This document shows, piece by piece, positions 39,200 to 51,770 of a stretch of 64,000 nucleotides of DNA (position 1 is the stretch's first letter; each line of letters starts with the position of its first letter). The translations under genes and the position numbers were made by a program. The DNA is from Felis catus (taxonomy: Eukaryota), in assembly GCF_018350175.1 (NCBI RefSeq), contig NC_058368.1, positions 135,844,001 through 135,908,000 of the forward strand, in the 5' to 3' direction. The notes under the pieces are model-generated. The model worked only from the letters and a program-made list of their open reading frames with translations, searched no databases and was not told the origin of the DNA.

Positions 39200-39860
39200 T
39201 CTTATTGAAATGCATATAAATGTTTACCAAGAGACACGTACAGGAATGTTCTTAGCAGCTTTACACATAATAGCCCCAAACTGGCAGTAACCCAGATGTC
39301 CATCAACATTAGTGTAGTAGAAATGAGAATAAATTATGATATAGTCATAGAATACTACAGAGCAGTTAAAAAGAACAACTTGGTATTACATGTAAAACAT
39401 GACACAGCGTTGAACAAAAGCCAGACCTGAATGCATACTGCACAAGCTGATTTATATAAAGCCTCCAAACATGCAAAATTAAGCAAGGTTGACCTACAAA
39501 AATGGATCACATCAGAAGAGCCAGTTAGTAACTGGGAAGGGGAATGAGAAAGCATTCTGGGGTATGAGAATGTTCTATATACTGTTCTTGATGGTAGGTA
39601 CATGGGTGTATACGTATTTAAATATTTATTTCGCTCTACCCTTGAGATTCCTTCACTTTTTTGTACTTAATATTTGTTCTATATCAATAAAAAGTTATTT
39701 TAAAAATTTAATCTCTGCTGGTGGAATTCAGAATAGAGGTTACCTCTAAGAGATGGTTATGTCTGGGGAGGGGCATGAAGGAGCCCCCTAGGGGTTATAT
39801 GTTGATCTGGTTGATTACCTGGGTATCTACATAAAAATTCATCAGCTGCACAGTTAAAAG
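39200..39860 (+). mobile_element. L1ME-type 3' fragment
   Basis: aatgttcttagcagctttac...ccccaaactgg...cccagatgtccatcaac. Confidence 0.75.
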
Positions 39861-40849
39861 TTAGTTCTTTTTTTTTTTTTTTTTAATGTTTATTTATTTT
39901 TGAGAGAGACAAAGACAGAATGCGAGTGGGTTAGGGGCAGAGAGAGAGGGAGACACAGAATCCGAAGCAGGCTCCAGGCTCCAAGCCGTCAGCACAAAGC
40001 CCGATGCGGCGCTCGAACTGACAAACCGCAAGATCATGACCTGAGCCGAAGTCAGACGCTGAACCGACTGAGCCACCCAGGTGCCCCAAAAGTTAGTTCT
40101 TTTTAACTGTACATATGTAATGCCTCAAACTTTTTAAGTTTTTTCGTTTGAGAGAAAGAAAGAGTATGTGAGCAGAGAAGGGACAGAGATAGAGGGAAAG
40201 AAATTTTCAAGCAGGCTCCTACTGTCAGTGCAGAGCCTAATGCAGAGCTCAATCTCATGAACCATGAGATCATGACCTGAGCTCAAATCAAGAACCAGAC
40301 ACTTAATCAACTGAGCCACCTAGGTGCCCCTATAACTCCTTAATTTTTGATAATATGTTTGAAGAAAACTATGTTTCCAGTTTATTTCTTTTAAGGTTTA
40401 TTTCTTTGTTTTTGAGAGAGAAAGAGCGCGCGCATTCGTGAGCAGGGGAGGGGCAGAGAAAGAGGGAGAGAGAGAATCCCAAGGAGTCTCCATGCTGTCA
40501 GTGCAGAGTCCGATGTGGGGCTCGAACTCATGAACAATGAGATCATGACCTGAGCCAAAATCAAGAGTCAGGCACTTAACCAACTGAGCCACCCAGGCGT
40601 CCTTGTTCCCACTTTAAAACATCAATATAAATTTAGGAACACAGTCCTTTCATACTTTGAAAACTGCTTAGTGTTCTAGTGGTCTCTGGAGAGTATTTAT
40701 AGCTATGGCAACACAACAGTCTTAGAACTGTTGGTTTAATGAGTCCTGCTTGAAATCCAAGATTGTGTTTGTGACTTTGAACTAAATCCCACATCTGAGA
40801 TGGCAGATTATGACCATTTTCTTTACCTTTTCCTTTATGAGCAGCTCAA

Positions 40850-41710
40850 ACACAGAAAGTTACAAACGGATGAACCTGAAAATTATTTTTACCTGTTGAA
40901 AGGCTTGCACTCTAACGTGTTCATGCCTGCGAATTATCTTTGTGCATAGAGCCAGAGGCTGAAGGATTTATGACTGGTGAGGAAAATACTGTCTCTTAGT
41001 AATGTGCAAAAAACAGCAGCCCTTCCCTGTTTAAATCTTGTTCGTGATCAGGAAGCCTGCCAATGTGGTTAATATTCAAGGGTACTCTGAAAATTGTTCT
41101 TGCTGAAGGGCAAGCCCAAGTTAAACAGTGGGACAAATGTATGCACAACTACCTTCAAAAGTATGTGGACGGTGCCTGCCATGTGATCGAGCCACCCCGA
41201 TGCAACAGTGTGATGGAAACAGTCTGTTGCTGTTTATACAATGAGTGGTGATATCCAGGATTTTCTTAGAAATCCTTGGGATTAAGAGTTTGAAATCAGA
41301 GAATATGGAGAGATTACATACTGCACAAATGTTATTGTAGGTGTCTGATGTCAACATGCCAATGTCAGTGAGTATTTCTCATGAGTCACTTGCACAGTAT
41401 CACTCCTCCTCTATAGGTTGCTCTTTGATTTTCCCCTATGCTCACGATGAGAAATTGGTACTGAACGATTGGACTGTGGAAACTCCTCTTCGTCTTTGTG
41501 ACCCTCAAGTCTGTATCAGCTCACATCTGGGCTGGAACAGCTGCCTCCCTCGTCTTTCCACCTCCATTTTGCAATGTTAGTTGAATATGACTTGAGCACC
41601 TCCCATACACAAAGTGGATGCTTTGCTTACACAGCTTGTGAAAACCATGGATTTTTCTTTCACAGAAGTCATTCGTGTGCCATCTGCTCATGAACTTTGT
41701 TGGAAGCAAC
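40850..41710 (+). mobile_element. Possible highly decayed hAT-family transposase fossil
   Basis: Frameshifted remnants appear in hAT motif order (see finding). Confidence 0.35.
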
Positions 41711-41714
41711 AAAG

Positions 41715-41980
41715 TAGAGTAGAGTGACTGATGGCTGAGAGTACTAGCTATGGAACCAGACTGCCTGGGTCCAAATCCTGGTGATGCCACTTACTTGCTA
41801 TTTAACGTTAGACAAGTGACTTCACCTCTCTGTGCCTCAGATTCCTTATTGTGTAATGGGAATAACACCGCTGACCCCCTGAGGCTTTTGTGAAGATTAA
41901 TTGAACTAAAACATGTAAAACACACTTAGGACAGTGTCTTAGCACACAGTAGCCGACAAAACATTTGCAAATTATTAGCA
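41715..41980 (+). mobile_element. MIR
   Basis: ccagactgcctgggtccaaatcctgg...cctctctgtgcctcag...aacacttaggacagtg. Confidence 0.85.
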
Positions 41981-44343
41981 ATTTTTCATAAAACATGCTT
42001 TTTTTCTAAAGTATTTATGGTAACGAATTCTCTTTGCTTGTGATAGGGCAGGAGACTGAGGGATGTATAGCAGGTGGGTAAAATGCGGTTTATTAGAAAT
42101 GTGAGAGGGGTGTCTGGCTGGATCAGTCAGTGGAGTGTGCAACTTTTGATCTCGAGGTTGTAATTTCGAGCTCCATGTTGGGTGCAGAGATTACTTTTAA
42201 AAAAATCGTAAATTGGGACGCCTGGGTGGCTCAGTCGGTTAAGCGGCCGACTTCAGCTCAGGTCACGATCTCACAATCCATGAGTTCGAGCCCCGCGTTG
42301 GGCTCTGTGCTGACCGCTCAGAGCCTGGAGCCTGTTTCAGATTCTGTGTCTCCCTCTCTCTCTGACCCTCCTCCGTTCATGCTCTGTCTCTCTCTGTCTC
42401 AAAAATAAATAAACGTTAAAAAAAAAATCGTAAAAGAAAAAAAAAAAGAAATGTGAGAAAGACACCAGTCCTTCCCTATTTTGTGATAACCATGAAACAG
42501 AATGCTACAGAGCAATGAAATAGAATGAACCACTGCTACCTGCAAAATATGATATAGCATTGAACAAAAACCAGACAAGAATACATACTACACAATCCCA
42601 TTCACATAGAGTCCAGAAGAGGCAAAACAAAGCAATGGTGATATAAGTCAGAATAGAATTATTATTTTTTTCTTTTTCCCTAAAGCCCAATGCCTTTAAT
42701 TCTAAACTTTCAGAGAATAGGGACCCTGACTCCATCATTTTTGTGCCTCTGCTTGGGCCTCTATAGTGGTTGGTCTAATTATCAGAATTACCAGGGATGC
42801 TGTTATTAATTTCATTTCCTAGTTTCCTTTCTGGGATTTTCCAACTAGTCTGGAGTAGGGACCATGAATTTGTACGTGTTATGTCCAGTCTGTGAGGATA
42901 CCCAGGGGAGAAACCCAGGGACCAGATACTCCAAACTCCTCTCCCTGCTCTCGTGTCTTGCTGGTGCCTCCCAACGGCCGAGCCCAACCGGAAGGCAAGA
43001 CAAGGAGCCTGATGATGTCATCTTCCCAGGTCAGCCCCTTGGGCCCTGGTGCAGAAGGATGGAGAGTGGGTTTTGGGGAAGGCATCCAGCACCTGTGCTA
43101 ACTCACTGAACGTGAACCAGCAACAACTCTGTTATTGTCCCATTTTACAACTGAGGAACCTGGGGCACAGAGGCAGATCCTCAAGTTTTTCTCACTAACA
43201 ATGCTCACTTCTACCTACAGGTAGGATTTGCACCAAATCTCATAGGGTCTGAATGCTCCCATTGAATGCCCAGCTCATTTTAGCTCCTTGATCTTCACAT
43301 CTTCACCCTTCTTCTCCTTCCCCACTTATAGTCACAGCTTGTTCCATAAATATATATAATGTTGGGGTCATTCAAGGAAGCACCACCCAATTCTCTCATT
43401 CTCTAGAGTAATCAGCAGCCCAAGTTCTATGTCTTGTATTCGTTTTCCATTCCCTAGCTAGACTATCAGCTGTAGGAGGGCAGAAACAAAGTCTTACATG
43501 ATCTGTATCCCACACCCCTTAGCAGAGCAGAACACATGGCCCATACTCAACAAATTCGTTTTGTTTTGTTTTGGTTTGGTTTTTTAAAGTTCATTTATTT
43601 ATTTTGAGAGAATGTAGTGCAAGTGCGGGAGGGGCAGAGAGAGGGGGAGAATCCCAAGCAGCTCCACACCATCAGCGCAGAGCCCGGCACGGGGCTCAAA
43701 CTCATGCAACTGTTAAGATCGTGACCTGAGCGAAATCAAGAACTGGACCCTTAACCCACTGAGCCACCCAGGTGTCCCAACAACAAGTTCATTTTGATTG
43801 GTTTGGTTGGTTAATGATTATTAGCTGAATAACAGATAAGCTATTTTAGCATTGGAATCTTCTGGCCTAGAGGTAGAGAGAAACAAATATTTTCATTCAT
43901 AGCTGTTTAGAGAAGTTGATAAACTGTCAAAATGCCCGTAGCCAAAATGTCAAAATTTAATACAATTCTTTAAAAAAAGCATTAACTTCTAACTTGGCAA
44001 TCTCACTTCTGGAAGTTCATATGAAGAAGAAATTGACAGATATGTGCAAAGATTTACGGACAAGTATGTTTGTCTCGATGTTATTTATAATAGTACACAT
44101 CCGGGGCGCCTGGGTGGCTCAATCAGTTGAGCGTCCGACTTCCCTCAGGTCATGATCTCGCGGTTTGTGACTTCAGGCCCCACGTCGGGCTCTGTGCTGA
44201 CAGCTCAGAGCCTGGAGCTTGCTTTGAATTCTGTGTCTCCCTCTCTCTCTGCCCCTCCCCTGCTCATATTCTGCCTCTGTCTCTCAAAAATAAATAAATG
44301 TTAAGAAAATTTTATAATGGTACACATCCAGGTGCATATACAT

Positions 44344-44799
44344 TGTGGGAGACTGATAATCAGTCAATGCTCAGAGCAGGCAGAGTAGTGGAACTCTGTC
44401 TGCCCCACAACTTGGGAGCAAGGTTTCAGGAAGACAAGCTACAACCTCCACAGCCATCAGCCCCAAACAGCAAGGACGGAACCAATGACTGCCAGCTTCC
44501 ATAATTTTGCCATCCCTCCCCCACGTTCCAATTTAGGACCCATCACAAAAAGCCAAATCCATTCCCCCTAACCAATCACATGGTGCCCGCTTCTAATTAG
44601 TCCACCTCCAGTTTCCCATGCCAACGACCTCTGATCAGGGCATGCCTGAGACATTTCTTTCCACTATAAAGCCTTCAATTCCTTTGCTTGCCTTTGAACC
44701 TCTGCCAAACACAGACGATGGTGGATGACTTCCTCGCTGCAACAAGTTCTGAATCAATAGCCTTTGTTCTCGTTTGGGTGGTCTTCGTTTATTTCCATA
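44344..44799 (+). mobile_element. Solo ERV LTR
   Basis: TG start, CCAAT 44572, TATAAA 44665, degenerate poly(A) signal and U5-like end; inserted in an L1 remnant. Confidence 0.65.
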
Positions 44800-47056
44800 A
44801 CTGGTAACAACCCAAAGGGTCTGATGATAGAATATTTAAATAACTTATGGCATATCTGTATCATGGAATGTTACACAGTGATTTAAATAAAGTTTTTTGA
44901 GGAAAGTTAAGTCAATTGGTAGCATGCTCATGAAATAATATTGGGTAAAAAAAGGAAGCATGTAGGTAATTGGTTCTTCTGAGTTGGTGACACTGTATTA
45001 TTTTCATTTTCTATTCATGTCTTTCTATAATTTCCAATTTTCTACCTTGAATATCCATTTATTTTTGTAATAAGAAACGTTTAACTTAAAAAATTATCTT
45101 TGGCGTGCCTGGGTGGCTCAGTTCATTGAGTGTCCGACTTCATTCAGCTCAGGTCATGATCTCACAGTTCCTGAGTTCAAGCCCCACATCGGGTTCTGTG
45201 CTGACAGCTAAGAGCCTGGAGTCTGCTTCAGATTCTGTGTCTCCCTCTCCACTCTCTGCCCCTCCCCCGCTCACACTCTGTCTCTCTCTGTCTCAAAAAA
45301 AAAAAAAAAAATTTTTTTTTTTTTAATTTAAAAACACCCAATTATGCTCTTACCCCTTGGAACTGGTTTTGGAAATGCTATTTTATGGCAATATTGCAGC
45401 CGACAGAGTTATTTTAAGAGGCAATGTAAATATTTACTTTTGTGCTATAACCTTTGCCTTGTTTGTAGTCTAGTTTAAGTCAAGACAAGAGACAAGCACT
45501 TAAGTTTCTAGATAGTTGCATGAATATTACAAATAGCTAAAGCACCATGCTGACAAAAATGGACCTTTTCAAAATAGCAACACAAAAATTGGTTACATCT
45601 AAGTTTATAGAAAGCAATTTTTATCTAGCTATTTCATAATAATTATTCAACATATATTCCAAACAAGAAGGAAAGCAATTTAAAAATTCTACCAAAATAA
45701 ACTTAATAAAGCTTTTAGATAATTGTGAATGAATGAATAGCTTTTTAAATTTCTGGGTTTTATTAACCTATAAAATAACTATTAAGAAGGGACTGAAATC
45801 ATAATATATTTGAATATCATAAATACATTTAATTTAATACATTAAACTGTAAAAAATATACAATTTACATTCAGAGAAAAGTGGTGTGGATTTTTCTTAT
45901 TGAAAAACAAGAGGGAACAGAAAGCAAATATTTACTTATTAAATCTTTGCCGGGAGGAGGCTGACAAGTGGAAAAAAGGTTGTAAATGTTTGTTTTTGTT
46001 TCCACTTAAAACACCAAAGTTTGCTATTTTGCCAGCTTTGAAAGTCTGCCTTTTCTTTTCTGAGGGGCTGGGGTGGTAGAAATTGGAGGCTATGGCCTAC
46101 CAGTTCAAAAGACCCGGAGGGGTGTTATTTCCTTTTCTTCCCAAGTTTCAAAATCTACGGGCAGCTCAACCAGTTCCCAAGGATAAAGAGAGGATGTGAC
46201 GTCACTACTTTTATTCTCCCCCCCACATCCAGTTCAGGACCAGGTATTCCCTTCTAAATATTTCTCAAAACCCTTGCCTCCAGATTTATTTATTGACCAT
46301 CTACCGTGTGTCAGGCTACCCCTGGGGTTACAGCAGTAAGTCAGACTCTGGTGGAGAACCCAGGAGAGCTTACACTCTGGTTGATTCCTCCCCACTGAAG
46401 ACAAACCAAACAACCGCACCACTTCCCATAGCACCGATCATTTCCCCTCCTAACTTGCAGCGCACACACGTGTCCCATTTTACAGACGAAGACACGGAGG
46501 GCTGGAACAGCTACCTAACGTGCCTTAGGTCACAGTCATGAAGGGCTAGAATTCTTTACAATTTTTATCCATTCTCCATCCACAAAGTATGGATGGTCTA
46601 CCATCAGTCTGCCTCTGTTGGGCGTATCCTCTGGGTATAGTGGTGAAGAGAAAAGAAAAAGTTTTCTGCTGTATGCAGTTTGTATTCTAGGTGAAGCAAG
46701 TAATAAATAACAATAGTATCAGAGAAGGATTGTCCAAGGGAGTAGCTGCATGGGTACTTAGAAATGGGGGTGAGGCAAGCCCACTTAAAAATTTTTACTT
46801 ATTTACTTTTTTTAGTTACAGTGTAATTAGCATACAGTGTTATATTAGTTTCAGGTGTACATACAGTGACCCAACGATTCTATACACTACTCTGTGTGCA
46901 TCACAATAAGCATACTTTTAGGGAAGGCCACTTTTTAAGTCTCCGTAACCTCTGTAAATTTACCTTGTGTTTTCTACCTCTGTTTTCCCAGAGTGCATAA
47001 GAGCAAAACCTTTCGTAGGATCAGACCAGTTTTCTGATCAAGCAAGAAAGGAAGCT

Positions 47057-47475
47057 GGTATATTGGCTTCGCTCAGCTACTGCAACAAAGTTCCACAAAT
47101 CCAGGGGCTTGAAGCAACAGAAATTTATTGTTGCAGATTCCGGAGTCTGGAAATCTGAAATCAACATGTCAGCTGGGCCATGTTCCTTCTGAAACCTGCA
47201 CAGGAGAATCTTTCTTTGCATCTCTTCTCATTTCTTGTGGCTTGTGACAGTCCTCGGGATTTCTTGGCTCTGCTGCTGCAGCACTTCGATCTATGTCTCT
47301 GCGTCTCTATCTCGGTGTCTCTGCTCTTCTCATAAGGACACTAGTCATGCTGTGTCTAGGGCCCACCTCACTCCACTGTGACCTCATTTTAACTGAACTA
47401 TATCTGCAAGGTCTCTATTCCCAAACAGGGTTACATTCCAAGGCACTGGGGTTAGCACATCATCTGTTACCATGA
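47057..47475 (-). mobile_element. MaLR LTR (MLT1-type)
   Basis: caacagaaatttattg...ggagtctggaaatctgaaatcaa...ataaggacactagtcat. Confidence 0.8.
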
Positions 47476-47724
47476 AGACATATTTTATTTTCATAGAGTC
47501 AGATTTATTGGTCTTTTGGGTGTTTTAATTCTTTCTCAGAAAGACACTCCCTACTTTGAGACTAAGGGAAAATGCTTCCATGGCTTCATGTTTTTGTCGT
47601 CATTTTTTATGAGTAATTCTTTGATCCGTCTGAAATTTGAGTGTACAGTATCTCGACATATGTCTGTCTTCACAGCAATGCCCCATGTCCCCTATGCCCC
47701 CTCCCAACAGACACAAAAAAAGCA

Positions 47725-48165
47725 AAAGAAAAATGACAGAGGACAAACCAGGAAAGCAACCTGTGACTCGCAATGCAAAGTATATTTTGAAAGCCAGTGT
47801 CATTAATATATAGAGTCCCTATAAATCACCAAAGATGAATGATACAATAGAAAATTTGCAAAGGATTGGGATAGTTCACTGGAAAAGAATACTTAAACAT
47901 ACGGAAGGATGCTGAGCTCACTGATATTAGATAATGCAAATTAAAAGTATGTCAAAATGCTATTTTGTCATGTATCAGAGTGCCAAAGATTTCATAACCC
48001 ACTTTGACCAGAGTTTGGGAAACCGTCATTTACATTTTTAGCAAAAGGAGTGTAAATCGTTGCATCCAGTATAGGTGGCAATTTGGCAATACCTATGGAA
48101 ATTAAAAATGAACTTATTCTTTGAGTGCGTACTTTCATTTCTAGGAAAAAGATGCCAGCACATTC
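47725..48165 (+). mobile_element. L1ME-type ORF2-end fragment
   Basis: atgcaaattaaaa...ggagtgtaaat...ggcaatttggcaata...ttcatttctagga. Confidence 0.7.
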
Positions 48166-51100
48166 CTGGGGTCAGTTGTTTGGGTGACTGGCTCTTGATT
48201 TTGGCTGAGGTCATGGTCTCGTGGTTGTGGGATCAAGCCCTGTGGGAGGCTCCTTGCTGAGTGTGGAGCATGCTTGGGAATCTCTCTCTCCCTTTTTCTC
48301 TGCCCCTCCTCTGCTTGCATGTGCTCTCTCACTCTCTCAAAATAAATAAATAAATATTAAAAATAATAAAATGGCAATATATTTTAAACAAAACAATAAA
48401 TGTCAATATTATATCACAACATGATACCATATAATACACTAGTGGTATCATCAATATTCTTTTCCTCATACAGAAACTGAGGTAGATATTTGCTGGGTAC
48501 ATAACATAAAATCACTCAGTATTTACTTGATAACAGAAGAATCTGAGCTTGCTCACATGATTTTATACTGTCAAATAATATCTTATAAATTTAAAAATAA
48601 CCCAGCGGCCTCATTACACTTAATTTGGATTCCAGGTCATAAATTATACAAATAGCACAAACTCATGAAAAACACATAAACACTGAAGAGTCATAGTGTG
48701 GGCACATTTCTAGGAAATTACAAAAAACCATCTGATTCAGCCGCAGGGGTATAAAAGAGTTCTATTAGAGTATTAAACCATACAGATCTTAAAATCCAGT
48801 TCTTGAAAATTGCGGCTTCAAAATCCTATTGACACGAAGAAGCTTTAAAAAACAATATGGTTAGCAAAGCAACATAGCAAATTGACAATAATAAAGCGAG
48901 ACTAACCAAAATTGACATTTACGGGAAAGACTAAGCCAACCTAGTACCTAAAGACCAGCCTGAGTCAATATTGATAATGCAACCTTAACAAAGCCTTCCA
49001 GCTGGAAAACAAAGGAATTCCAACTATCTGGGTAATTGCATAGTGGGAGTTCGGCAAAGTTGCCGGCAACTCAACTTCTCAGCATAACGCTGAATCGATT
49101 ACTGTGTAAAACCTGAGTCAAGGGCCAGTACTTTATGAATAGCAAAGATGCGTTACCTTTAATAACTTCTGTAGAAGGCTATTGGTAGTGCTTGGCGTTA
49201 TACAAAAATTTACTCCTGAAAAAGATAAAAGGAACTCCTGCATTTTTGAACACAGGAACCAAGGAAAGGGCTTCCAATTTGGGATTAGGGGACAGCCCCA
49301 TAGAAGGTGCACTTGGAGAATGAGAGCACACCCTGAAAGGGTGTATAATGTGGGGAGAGGGGGTGGGAGGGGAGGACAGGAGAAGAGGGTTGACTCTAGA
49401 GACCCTTTGAGAAGGGTGAAGTGACCTACATTTTGTCAGTAAAAACAGAGCTCTTTTGAGGCAAGTTTGGAAGGAAGTGAGGCTAGGCAGGGTTTGAGAA
49501 TGATGCATGTGCTGGTATTAGCAAGTGGAGTGCTCTTTGGGATTCATAGCAGTTTGAAAAGCATGTTTAGTTCTCCTGAGCTGGGGATGAGGCAATATGT
49601 TTAACAATTCAACAGATACCATTTTTACCTTCACAACAGATACTTTTCCATGCATGAAGTCCTTATCCTTTCTTAAGCACTTTTACGTAGCTTATCTCAG
49701 GACCGACAGACCCCAACAGAGTCAAGAATTCTGGGGAGGAGAAGGGAGTTCCAGAGAGGCTGCACTAGGCTGAACCGGCCAGAGAATCTTCGGAGAAAGA
49801 GGTAAGGTTGGAATTGAGCCCTGAGTTGGGTTTACAAAACAGGATGTGTTAAGTCTCACCTCTGAGATAGTAAGACTGACTGAATCTACTGATTGAGAGA
49901 ACGGAACAGGCCAGGAATTGACTTGGCTTCGGGGCTCCTTCTCAGCCCATCCCTCTGTCCTCCCTGTTTCTCACAGCATATTAGTCTCATCTTCTATTTA
50001 CACACTTGTGTGCAATGAGGAAGATGGCTCCCCTGCTGTATGCAGTACAGTTGTGTTGAGGGGTCACAGGAGGAGACTGTCTTCCAGCCATCCTCAACCA
50101 CATCTCTGGGAAGCCTCTGATAGACCTTGATTGGGCCATATGTCCATCTTTGAACCAATGACCACCTCTCATTAGCTGGCTGGCCTCGCTGTCCTACTCC
50201 CCCCTGTAGGCTACAGCACTGTGACAGCCCTATCAGACCTCACGAAAGTGGCGGAAGGGTAAGTCTTCAAAGGAAAAGCTGCGAGTTCTTAACAGAGGCT
50301 GGACTTGCAAAAACAGTAGATGTCCATGACATTCGCCATGCCTTAACTATTCTTGTATTCCCCCTGAGACCAAGCGCACAGAACCAACTTAGTGTTAAAT
50401 GTTGAGTGAGTAACTACTTAGAGCATTTATACTTTCAAAACCTCTTCATGGACATTATTTTATTGTCACCGGTAAAGACAGATTGAATGACTCACTTAAG
50501 GTTACACAGCTGGTTTCTTTTCTTTTTTTTCTTAATCTTTATTTTTGAAAGAGAGGGAGAGCACGAGCAGGGGAAGAGCAGAGAGAGGGGGAGACACAGA
50601 ATCCGAAGCGGGCTCCAGGCTCTGAGCTGTCAGCACAGAGCCCGACGTGGGGCTCGAACCCACGGACCACGAGATCATGAGCTGAGCCGAAGTCCGACCC
50701 TCAACCGACTGCCCGGGCGCCCCTAAAGTTACATAGCTGGTTTCTGACAGAGCTGAGTTTGTAACTGGGTCCCCTGGCTTCTAGTCCAGTTCCCGGAGGA
50801 GGTCTTCCTCTCTTCTACTCTCTTGCTGTCATGACTGATGACGAAGGGGAAGGAAAGAGGAGAGGGACATTTTGGTCATGGTGTCACACTTTTTAGAAGG
50901 CTTGATGCGGTTTTGTCCCTAGAAGTCCATGATAGTGGTAGGTGACCAGACTACCTCTTTCAGCCTAATTATAGGTTTGTAGAGTGGATGACTGTTGCCG
51001 TATGTGTACTATTAATTCATTGAGTTGTGGCATCTGCCAAAGAAAACCTCACTTATTGTCTTGCTTCTAAGGCTAATATTTGTCCCTGTGTTTGATGACA

Positions 51101-51734
51101 CTTTGATGTGCTAACACTCTGTCATGAAGATGGCTCCTTAAAAGTAGTGCAGTGTACTGGAAGTAACGAAGGATGCACACTCAAGCCGTTGATTCCCAAC
51201 TCTGGTACTTACAATCTTGGGCAAGCCGGGAAACTTCCATGAGCCTCACTGTTCCATAAAATTGGCTAATACTAACATCTATCTGCTATACCTACTTCAC
51301 AGGTTGTGGTAAAGATAAAATGAGGTTTTGTTAGTACAAGTACCTTGGTAACGTGTTTTGAAGGGCTCTGTGAAATTTGTAAGGTATACATTTCACATTA
51401 TTTTGTCTTATTTTAAGAACAAACATTAGCACAAGTATCTGTATAACCAGTTGTGTGGTCATTACTGCTGTTCACAGGTTAGATACCTGGTTTTCTTCCC
51501 CTTCCAGACACATGGAAGACTGTGGCTGGGTGGGACCACATGTCTCGTTCTGGCTTGTATTGTTAATGAAAGTGACTTGCATCACTTCTGAGTTAAAGCA
51601 TTTGATTGTCAGTGTGAGACCCTCTAGAATTTTCTTTTCCTTTATTATATTTAAATTTTATGCATCTAAAAAATTTTTTTTAATGTTTATTTATTTTTGA
51701 GGAAGAGAGAGAGACATTGTGTGAGCAGGGGAGG

Positions 51735-51770
<36 letters not shown>

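Noticed and set aside
48542..48655. LHLIWIPGH, resembling the RNase H WxPGH motif
   Set aside because: The following GNExAD motif is absent and the frame stops 4 codons later; likely chance unless TBLASTX says otherwise.
48829..48917. Three TTGACA hexamers resembling bacterial -35 boxes
   Set aside because: No correctly spaced TATAAT and no downstream ORF; the context is eukaryotic.
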